Part shown: positions 56,832 through 64,000 of the stretch, one piece after another
Numbering within the stretch: position 1 is the first letter of the stretch
Layout: the number at the start of each line of letters is the position of its first letter
From: Thermoplasmatales archaeon SW_10_69_26
GTDB lineage: Archaea; Thermoplasmatota; SW-10-69-26
Direction: 5' to 3'
Length of the DNA: 64,000 nucleotides
Assembly (NCBI GenBank): GCA_003009755.1
Contig: PXUB01000032.1
Coordinates: 1-64,000 of the forward strand
Notes under the pieces: generated by a model
What the model saw: only the letters and a program-made list of their open reading frames with translations
Databases searched by the model: none
What the model was told of the DNA's origin: nothing
Program-made: the position numbers and the translations under genes

Positions 56832-57425
56832 ATGGCCCTCGCCACGTTCACCACCGACCGCGGCACGATCGAGATCGAGCTCTTCGGCGATCAGGCGCCC
56901 CAGACGGTGCAGAACTTCGCCAACCTGGCCCAGGATGGCTACTACGACGGCATCCGCTTCCACCGCGTCATCGAGGGCTTCATGATCCAGGGCGGGGACC
57001 CGCTCACCAAGGACACCTCGGAGACGGACCGCTGGGGCACCGGCGGGCCCGGCTACGCGATCGTCGACGAGTTCGCCTGCGAGGACGGCACGATCTCCAA
57101 CGACTTCACCGGCTACAACGAGCCCGGCGGACCGTGCGATGACTGTGGCGGGCTGGCGCTCAGCCACGACAAGCCCGGCATGGTGTCGATGGCGAACACC
57201 GGCGAGCCGCGGACCGGTGGCTCGCAATTCTTCATCACGGTCGACGAGCAGCCGCGTCTGGACGGGACCCACCCCGTGTTCGGCGAGGTCGTCGACGGCA
57301 TGGAGGTCGTCCACGAGATCGCCAAACTGCCGACCGACCGCCGCGACCGGCCCAAGGAGGACGTCGTCGTCGAGGAGGTCACGATCGAGGGCCAGCTGCC
57401 CGGCGTCGACGTGGAGACGTTCTGA
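56832..57425 (+). CDS. Cyclophilin-type peptidyl-prolyl isomerase, cytoplasmic
   Basis: FHRVIEGFMIQGGDP, GPGY, SMAN, GSQFFIT motifs; close paralogue of 55430-56110. Confidence 0.93.
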   Translation: MALATFTTDRGTIEIELFGDQAPQTVQNFANLAQDGYYDGIRFHRVIEGFMIQGGDPLTKDTSETDRWGTGGPGYAIVDEFACEDGTISNDFTGYNEPGGPCDDCGGLALSHDKPGMVSMANTGEPRTGGSQFFITVDEQPRLDGTHPVFGEVVDGMEVVHEIAKLPTDRRDRPKEDVVVEEVTIEGQLPGVDVETF

Positions 57426-57434
57426 GGGGCGGGC

Positions 57435-57716
57435 TCAAGCCCAATCGACGTCGGCCAGCCGGCGGACGACGGACAACGCCAGGGCGGCGACCACGAGGGC
57501 GAAGATCGCCCGCCAGATCGGCACCCAGCGGGGCTGCAGCCAAGTCGAGATCGCGTCGGTGACCGCCTGGAAGGCCACGAACACCGAGACGCCGGCCACC
57601 AGCAGGGCGACGACGATGCCGCCCTTCAGCACCAGCTCCCTGCTCCCGGTGGCCTCGTCGGCGTCCTCGATCGGGGGCTCTCGTTCGGCCGCAACCTCGT
57701 CCGCGCGCTCGTTCAT
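57435..57716 (-). CDS. Small two-TM membrane protein
   Basis: Two hydrophobic helices; ATGA overlap with the upstream gene. Confidence 0.65.
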   Translation of the reverse strand: MNERADEVAAEREPPIEDADEATGSRELVLKGGIVVALLVAGVSVFVAFQAVTDAISTWLQPRWVPIWRAIFALVVAALALSVVRRLADVDWA

Positions 57717-58681
57717 CGCTCGTTCCTCCATCGCCACGCCACGGCGGCCGCCGCCAGCACGGCCAGGACGGCGGCACCGAGGGCGGGTGTCTCCTGGGCC
57801 TGGGCGTCCGCGACGTCGCGATCGCCCTGGGCCCGCTCTCGGTCCCGATCGTGCTCCTCGCGGAGGAAGTCCTCGACGCTCGGGTCCTTGACCTCGATCG
57901 TCTCGGAAGCGTTGCGGATCGAGGTGGGCGCCAGCTCGACGGTGCCCTGACCCGTCTCGACGGTCAGGTTGTCGTCCCACAGCGCGGCCTCGACCGCGTA
58001 GTTGTGCTCGTCTGGGACGTCGAGCTCGACGCTCTCGATGCGCGTCTGCTGGGGAGGGATGGGACCCAGGTCGGTCCACAGCTCGTCGGCCAGCAGGCCC
58101 GTCTCGACGTCGCGGGCCTTCACCTGGAGCCGCAACGGGCTCGAGTCCCCGTCGCCCTCGTTCGTCAGGTACAACTGGGTCTCGATTCGCACCCGGTCGC
58201 GGCTGACGTTTCGCACCATGAACTCCATCTCGGAGATCGAGACGCTCGTCTCCTGGATCGTCGGTTCCAGGGAAGCCAGGTTCCGGACCGTGACGTGGCT
58301 GCTGTCCACGATGCGCCCGCCCTCGAAGACCTCGATCTCGATCCGGTAGCCGGCCCGCCGGGGGAGCTCGAGCAGGACGCCCACGGTCACGGTCGTGTCC
58401 TCGGTCAGTGTCCGGTTGGCCGTCTCCTCGGTCTCGTCGAGGAACCCCGTCTGGGTGTCGAACGCCTTGACGCGGAGTCGCGTCTCGTCGCTCTCGGAAC
58501 CCCGGTTGTCCAGCGTAGCGTTCACCGCCAGGTCCACGGTGCCGGTCGTCACGTTCGGCGCGGCAACGTCGATCGATCGGAGGTCGACGCGGTTGTGTCT
58601 CTCCCGGTCCTCGAAGTCCCGGATGCAGCCCGTCGCGGGCACGAGCAGCGAGACGACGAGGAGCAGGGCGAGCCAGCGCAT
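57713..58681 (-). CDS. Archaeal cell-surface protein with PGF-CTERM-like tail
   Basis: Signal/lipobox ATGC, two repeated Ig-like halves, C-terminal TPALG + TM helix + basic residues. Confidence 0.75.
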   Translation of the reverse strand: MRWLALLLVVSLLVPATGCIRDFEDRERHNRVDLRSIDVAAPNVTTGTVDLAVNATLDNRGSESDETRLRVKAFDTQTGFLDETEETANRTLTEDTTVTVGVLLELPRRAGYRIEIEVFEGGRIVDSSHVTVRNLASLEPTIQETSVSISEMEFMVRNVSRDRVRIETQLYLTNEGDGDSSPLRLQVKARDVETGLLADELWTDLGPIPPQQTRIESVELDVPDEHNYAVEAALWDDNLTVETGQGTVELAPTSIRNASETIEVKDPSVEDFLREEHDRDRERAQGDRDVADAQAQETPALGAAVLAVLAAAAVAWRWRNER

Positions 58682-58747
58682 CGACGACGGATACCCCAGG
58701 CTGAGGATAAAGCCTTCAATGTGGTTCGGCGCGGACCGAACAGCGCG

Positions 58748-59233
58748 TCACTCGATCAGCAGGCGCTCGAGCTCGTCGGTCTCGGCATCCCAGACGCACA
58801 CGCTGGGCGGCGAGGCTCGGTGGACGGCGCCGGGGTTCACCACGCGCGTGTCCCCGATCCGCTCGTCGCGGAACTCGTGCGTGTGGCCGTGGACCACGAG
58901 GTCGAAGGCGCCGGCGTTCACCATGCCCTCGAGCCGGGACTCGTCGTCCCCGTGGATGAGGCCCACCCGCGCCGGGCCGACCTCGATCTGGTGGCGGACG
59001 CCGTAGTCGACGTCGACCGCGTTGTCCTCGATCGCCTGCTGGATGCGCGTGGGGTGGTCGACGTTGCCCTGCGCCAGCCAGACCCGCCAGCCCTCCAGCA
59101 TCGGGACCAGGCGGGCGGTGTTCAGGTCGCCGGCGTGCACGAGGGCCTCGACGTCGGCGTCCCCGAGGAGGCCCAGCGCCTTCCGCGTGCGGTCACGGTT
59201 GTCGTGCGTGTCCGAGATGAGCCCCAACCGCAT
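58748..59233 (-). CDS. YfcE/MJ0936 family metallophosphoesterase
   Basis: SDTHDN, HAGD, GNVD, HG, GHTH, NPGA motifs. Confidence 0.92.
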   Translation of the reverse strand: MRLGLISDTHDNRDRTRKALGLLGDADVEALVHAGDLNTARLVPMLEGWRVWLAQGNVDHPTRIQQAIEDNAVDVDYGVRHQIEVGPARVGLIHGDDESRLEGMVNAGAFDLVVHGHTHEFRDERIGDTRVVNPGAVHRASPPSVCVWDAETDELERLLIE

Positions 59234-59374
59234 CGCGTCGGTAACGCCAGACGCCTTCTTTAACGGGCGCCTTTCGGGACGGACGAGCACCGCGGCTGGG
59301 CGGCAGAACAGATCGGAGAAGAGGGGAGGCCGCGCGGGCGCGGCTGGGATAATAACGGAGGGCGGACGCGGTCC

Positions 59375-60376
59375 CTACTCGGGGACCTCGCCCTCTTCCT
59401 CTTCCGTGATCGCCGCGACCAGGGCGCCCTTGGCGTTGGCCGTGAGCGGGTTCTGGGCGCGACGCACGGAAGCGATGTCGAAGGGCAGGTCGGCCTCCTT
59501 GAGCCGCTGTTTGAAGTGCTGGCTGAAGCCCTTCGGCAGCGAGGTTCCGCCGGACACGACGACCGGGACGTCGAGGCCCTCCTCGACGTCGGCCTCGTTG
59601 ATCTCGTCGGCGATCTGCTCGATCACGTAGTCCATGTGCGCCTCGTGGTAGATGGCGAGGGCACCCTGGATGTCGCCGGTGGCGGTCTCGAAGTCCATCT
59701 CGAACTCTTCTTCCTTCTCGCGGGTGACGCGGTCGACCGGGACACCCGTGGAGTTAGCCGCCTGCTTGTCGATCCAGTCGCCACCGCGGGCCACACTGAA
59801 CTGGAGGACCGGGACGGCGTAGTACGACAGGCAGATGTTCGTCATCCCGGCACCGAACGAGACGCCGAGACCGGTGAAGTTGTTGTCCGAGAGCTCGCTG
59901 TAGACGGTGGCCATACCCTCGTTGATCGGGTGCGCGGTGTAGCCCGCGTCCTCGACCAGGGCCTGGACGGTCTTCTGGTGGTACAACGTGTCCAGGTCGG
60001 AGTCGACGGGGTTCGCGGGGCACACGAAGTAGGCGTGCTCCTCACCCTCTTCCTCGGGTTCGCCAAGGATCCGCTCCACCATCATGCGGATCATGGGGAT
60101 GGCCCATTTCTCCTTGCGGGAGAGGATCCCCTCGCTCATGGGGCGACGGGTCTCCTCGTTGAAGATGTTCGCGAAGTTCAGCGCGTCTTCGCCGACGACG
60201 AAGACCTGATCCTCCTTGCGGATGTACAGCACGTCGCTGCGAGAAAGCATCTTCTCGGCGATGTCGCTGTATTCGACCTCCACGAAGGAGTTACGCTGTC
60301 GTTTGAGGACCGTGCGGTCCCCGGAAGGCTTGGCCGACTGGATATTCATCGTGCCGACGTCGATTCCCTTTGCCAA
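59375..60376 (-). CDS. volA: Actin-like ATPase, volactin homologue
   Basis: GIDVGTMNI (phosphate 1), SFGAGMTN (phosphate 2), SGGTS (adenosine); [11 protein letters not shown] and [15 protein letters not shown] match my recollection of haloarchaeal volactin. Confidence 0.8.
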   Translation of the reverse strand: MAKGIDVGTMNIQSAKPSGDRTVLKRQRNSFVEVEYSDIAEKMLSRSDVLYIRKEDQVFVVGEDALNFANIFNEETRRPMSEGILSRKEKWAIPMIRMMVERILGEPEEEGEEHAYFVCPANPVDSDLDTLYHQKTVQALVEDAGYTAHPINEGMATVYSELSDNNFTGLGVSFGAGMTNICLSYYAVPVLQFSVARGGDWIDKQAANSTGVPVDRVTREKEEEFEMDFETATGDIQGALAIYHEAHMDYVIEQIADEINEADVEEGLDVPVVVSGGTSLPKGFSQHFKQRLKEADLPFDIASVRRAQNPLTANAKGALVAAITEEEEGEVPE

Positions 60377-60523
60377 TGTAGATCACCACACCTCGCCGCT
60401 CAGTCCTCGCACGCGGCGATTGTACCCTCTGCTCGCCGCGAAGGGGTCCCTAAAGGCTGGGGTTCCCACTCGCGGCACTTCCCCCAACGAACATATAGGG
60501 GGTTACTGGGAGGAACCCCGCGG

Positions 60524-61399
60524 ATGTCATTGGGAGCCGAACGACTCCAGGCCTGGCGGGACCGACTGAACCCTGAAGCCTCGTCCTCGCGCGTGGGTGC
60601 CGGTTTCGGGGCGATCGCCGCCGGCACGCTACTGGCGATCCTGGGCGTGGCCCTCGTCGTGCTCAACGACATGGCCCTGCTCACACGGCCCTCGTGGCTG
60701 CGCGAGCTCGGCTTCGTGGCCGCCGCCTCGGGCCTCCCGCTGTTCTTCCTCGGGGTCACGATCACGCTCCCCTCCTCCATGTACGAGCGGGCGGCGGTCG
60801 GCATCGGCTCCCTAACCGCCGCCGCGGGGGTCATCGCCTTTTCGGTATGGTACCCCCACAACTGGCACCTCACCGTGCAGGCGCCCAACGGGTACGCGAT
60901 CGGGAGCTACCTCGTCGGCGTGACGACGCTCGCCGGCGGCACCTCCTCCTGCCTGGCCCGCCACCTGGTCAACTCCGTCCGACCGGTGCACAAGGAGCAG
61001 GCCGAGACGGAGGAGGATCGCGAATGGACCGACGAGGACGTGCGCGCGGACATCCGCTGGGCCGAGAAGCAAGGCTACACCTGGGGAGGGATCCCCGACT
61101 CCCAGCCCGAGACCGATATCACGCTGGAGAACCAGGTGGAGGCCGTCGAGTTCAAAGGTCGCGGCGACCAGGTGCTCGTCAGCGAGGAGTCCGCCCAGAC
61201 CAGCGAGGAGGGCTCCCAGCGGCTCAAGGCGATGCGCGGCCGCATGGACGAGGACCGCTCGCGCGTCGATCAGGGAACGATGGACGAGCAGGTCGGTCAC
61301 CTCAAGCAGCTCAAGGCGAAGAAGCGCCGAGAGGAGCAGCGCAAGCGCCAGTCGCTGAGCTGGAAGCTGCGCCACCCGCTCCAGTGGCTGCGCGAGTGA
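60524..61399 (+). CDS. Four-TM membrane protein with charged C-terminal tail
   Basis: TM helices with F..WYP.NW and Y..G motifs like those of haloarchaeal membrane proteins; divergent from volactin. Confidence 0.75.
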   Translation: MSLGAERLQAWRDRLNPEASSSRVGAGFGAIAAGTLLAILGVALVVLNDMALLTRPSWLRELGFVAAASGLPLFFLGVTITLPSSMYERAAVGIGSLTAAAGVIAFSVWYPHNWHLTVQAPNGYAIGSYLVGVTTLAGGTSSCLARHLVNSVRPVHKEQAETEEDREWTDEDVRADIRWAEKQGYTWGGIPDSQPETDITLENQVEAVEFKGRGDQVLVSEESAQTSEEGSQRLKAMRGRMDEDRSRVDQGTMDEQVGHLKQLKAKKRREEQRKRQSLSWKLRHPLQWLRE

Positions 61400-62407
61400 T
61401 CAGGCCAGGTTCACGACGCCGCCGGTCTCCAGCACGAAGACCACGAAGGCTCCGTAGGCAACCAACAGCGCCACCGCCTCCCAGTTCTCCAGCTCGAGAT
61501 CGGTGCGCATGAACGTGAACAACAGCACCGTCGCGAACGTCAACGCGCCGAACATCGGGATGGCGGCGGCGAAGTCGACGACCGTGGCTCCCGCGACGAG
61601 CACGCCGGCCGGGATCGCCACGCACAGGTCGAAGATGTTGGATCCCAACACGTTCGCCAGCGCCTCGATCTCCCGGTCGCGCCGCGCCGCTCGCAGGCTC
61701 ACGAACGCGTCCGGGAGGCTCGTGGCGGCCGCGACCACCGTCAACCCCCACACGTAGCTCGGGGTGCCCGCCAGCTGCCCGAGGTCGATCGCGGCCCGCA
61801 CCAGGCCCTCGACGGAGACGACGATCAACGCCAGGCCCGCCACCAGCAACCCCCACTCCTTCCACGCGCTCTCGCCGGTTGCCCGCTCCCGGCTGCTCTC
61901 GGCGACATCCGACCACTGCACGAACACGTACAGCCCGTACAGCGCCACGGGTACCAGCGCCAAGCTCCGCGTGATGGAGCCGGCCAGACGCTCGCCGGCC
62001 ACCGGCTCGTAGATCACGGCCAGCGAGAACGTGATGACCAGGACGGCCACCGACAGCATGTAGAACAGGCTCTCCTTGAACACGAGATCGCGGTTGGCCT
62101 CCATCGAATCGGCGCTCAACCCGGCCAACGCTGGCACGATCAAGATGTTGAAGATCGCCGACCCGACGATCGCGCCCACGCCGAGATCGAACTCGCCGTG
62201 GAGCAGCGTCGAGATCACGGTCGTCGACAGCTCCGGGAAGCTGGACCCGACGGCGATCACGACCGCGCCCTCGACGACGGGCGGGAGGCCGTACAGCGCG
62301 CTCAGGCGCGCCGTCGACCGCTCGAGCAACCCGCTGCCGAGCCAGACGACGGCCGAGGATGCCACGGCGAGACCGAGCGCGCCGACGAGCGAGGCCACGT
62401 CGGCCAC
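61400..62407 (-). CDS. Na+/Ca2+ antiporter (CaCA, YrbG-like)
   Basis: Alpha repeats GSSFPEL...GSAIFN and ATSLPD...GSNIFD. Confidence 0.92.
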   Translation of the reverse strand: MADVASLVGALGLAVASSAVVWLGSGLLERSTARLSALYGLPPVVEGAVVIAVGSSFPELSTTVISTLLHGEFDLGVGAIVGSAIFNILIVPALAGLSADSMEANRDLVFKESLFYMLSVAVLVITFSLAVIYEPVAGERLAGSITRSLALVPVALYGLYVFVQWSDVAESSRERATGESAWKEWGLLVAGLALIVVSVEGLVRAAIDLGQLAGTPSYVWGLTVVAAATSLPDAFVSLRAARRDREIEALANVLGSNIFDLCVAIPAGVLVAGATVVDFAAAIPMFGALTFATVLLFTFMRTDLELENWEAVALLVAYGAFVVFVLETGGVVNLA

Positions 62408-62484
62408 ATCGGCTCACGGTAGAAGAACGGTCGGTCCAGACATCGGCGTCGCTGGTGTCTGCCACCATCAGCTGAGCGGCGGTC

Positions 62485-63747
62485 TCAGCGGGGGAGCTCG
62501 TCGGGGCCGCTGTCGATCCGGTCCAACAGCCGCCGCGCCGGCTCGAACCCCGGCCGCAGCTCCAGCGCCTGCTCGAGCGCCGCCCGCGCCTCGTCGGTCT
62601 CCTCCATCATGAGGCGGGCACGAGCCATGTTCAGGTAGGGGAACTCGGGCGACGCGTAACGCTCGGCCTCGAGGGCCTTCTCGAACCACTCGATCGCCTC
62701 GGCGGGCCGACCCTGCTCCAGACGGTAAGCGCCGATGTCGTTGTAGGGGTTGCCCAGCGTCGGGTCCTCGTCGATCGCCTGCCGGCAGTCCTCGATCGCC
62801 TCCGAGAGGCGCTCCTGCTGGCTGCGGACCCACCCGCGGAAGGTGTAGGCCTCGGCGGTCGGGAGCACCTCGACGGAGGCCGTGTAGGCGAGGGCCGCCT
62901 GCTCGAGGTTGCCCAGCGTCTGCTGCACGTAGCCGAGGTGGAAAGCCACCCGGGCGCCGGCGGCGCGTTCGGGGGCCCGACGCACCAAGCCCTGGTCGGC
63001 GAGCGCGCTGGCGATCGTCTCGTCCACGCTGAGGCCGACCTCGCGCGCCAACCCCGAAGGTCGCTCGTCGGTCCACGCGGTGGCCAACAGCGCTTCCTGG
63101 CGGAGGACATCACCTGCTGTGGGGGCCGGACCGCCGGCTGCGGGCGCCAGCTCGGTGAGCGGCATCGTCGTCTGGGCGTCGCCGTGCTGGACCAACCGAG
63201 CCAGCTCGGGCTCGTCGGGGTCCGGACGCGCCACGAGCACGGTGCCGCCCTCGTCCAACCGGCGCGGCAAGCGGCGGGGAGCGCCCGGGCCGGGATCCCA
63301 CGCCACCACGCGGTCGAAACCGTTCTCGATGCCGTCGGCCTCGTCCAGGCGCACCTGCTCGCGCATCCGGAAGGGTCGCACCGAGCGCCAGCGAGCCCGC
63401 AGCGCCTCGTGCTCCTCCTCGATCCGCACGCGACCGCTGCCGTTCAACGCGTCCGCCGCCAGGCCCAGCCAACCGACGGCTCGGCCCTGCACGAGGACAC
63501 GGTCGCCCGGCGAGATGTCGGCGGCCTCCAGCATCAGCCCCGCGGCCGAGGGCGAGGGGCAGGGAGGGGCCGCCTCGACCGGCGGCAGGCACCCGATCGG
63601 GGCGTCCAGCTCGGCCAGCGGTTCGCACACGCCGGGAACGAGGAGCTTGCGAGGGGTCTGGGCCAGGGCCTGGCGAACCTCGTCGCTGGCGGGAGCCCGC
63701 CGACCGGGCTCGGACGCATCGTCGGGCCGCTGGCTGCCCTCGCTCAT
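62485..63747 (-). CDS. Degenerate PCMT-like methyltransferase domain fused to TPR repeats
   Basis: ALAQTPRKLLVP...MLEAADISPGDRVL...FDRVV...LDEGGTVL; TPRs AEAYTFRGW, GNPYNDIGAY, PYLNMAR. Confidence 0.75.
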   Translation of the reverse strand: MSEGSQRPDDASEPGRRAPASDEVRQALAQTPRKLLVPGVCEPLAELDAPIGCLPPVEAAPPCPSPSAAGLMLEAADISPGDRVLVQGRAVGWLGLAADALNGSGRVRIEEEHEALRARWRSVRPFRMREQVRLDEADGIENGFDRVVAWDPGPGAPRRLPRRLDEGGTVLVARPDPDEPELARLVQHGDAQTTMPLTELAPAAGGPAPTAGDVLRQEALLATAWTDERPSGLAREVGLSVDETIASALADQGLVRRAPERAAGARVAFHLGYVQQTLGNLEQAALAYTASVEVLPTAEAYTFRGWVRSQQERLSEAIEDCRQAIDEDPTLGNPYNDIGAYRLEQGRPAEAIEWFEKALEAERYASPEFPYLNMARARLMMEETDEARAALEQALELRPGFEPARRLLDRIDSGPDELPR

Positions 63748-63761
63748 CGCCTCTCCGTAGA

Positions 63762-63885
63762 GCCCTGGGGTCTTCAGCCTACCGCTCATGCCCAGCCTCA
63801 CCCAGGTGTCGATCCACGGCGGGAGTTGCCGCGGCCAACCGTCCACTGGACGGAACAGAAACGACTTCGAAACACCCTTCAAGGC
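63762..63885 (-). ncRNA. Candidate structured RNA or leader upstream of the TPR gene
   Basis: Complementary ends and nested stems (ccgtcca/tggacgg; ggtg..tcga/tcgacacc); family not recognised. Confidence 0.3.
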
Positions 63886-64000
63886 GTGTGTTGTTCACCC
63901 GTGCGGGTGGGAACGGACGAACCGGGGCGGGGTCGGTCGGCAACGATCCTTGCTTCTCGCCTCCCAACTGCCTCCCATAGCCTTCCGTCGGTCGGCCTCG

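Noticed and set aside
63762-63885. 5S rRNA (similar length, paired ends)
   Set aside because: Lacks the conserved CCGAAC loop and other 5S motifs on either strand

Overview
A GC-rich window whose real proteins are strongly acidic (salt-in type). Archaeal signatures include an archaeal-type PGK, volactin, a PIP-box PolB, an archaeosortase-like tail and short TATA-like promoters, mixed with many bacterial-type genes (xseAB, type I GAPDH, GH65). The best fit is a halophilic non-Halobacteria archaeon, possibly Thermoplasmatota; this is inference only. About 55 credible CDS are present, and most long ORFs in the track are GC shadow frames. Main observations: (1) a ~14 kb island (pncB, class II aldolase, pfkB, SRPBCC-PGK fusion, gap, GH65, betaPGM-OtsB, wHTH, CBS, two USPs, ACT) that mirrors the mycobacterial DosR dormancy gene set and carries a TCCCR-N4-TGGGA palindrome upstream of three promoters; (2) an operon with an anticodon-domain-less CysRS-like ligase, a two-domain GNAT, a small Cys4 protein and a GDPD; (3) a tandem Csa3-like CARF-wHTH pair with no CRISPR-Cas nearby; (4) a divergent PolB; (5) two families of dispersed hairpin repeats, an IS1595 element with an 8-bp TSD, a repeat-rich spacer between twin cyclophilins, and several foreign gene scraps including an actinobacterial-like rpsA 5' end. 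No rRNA, tRNA or CRISPR array was recognised. All family calls come from motif recognition by eye, not from database searches.
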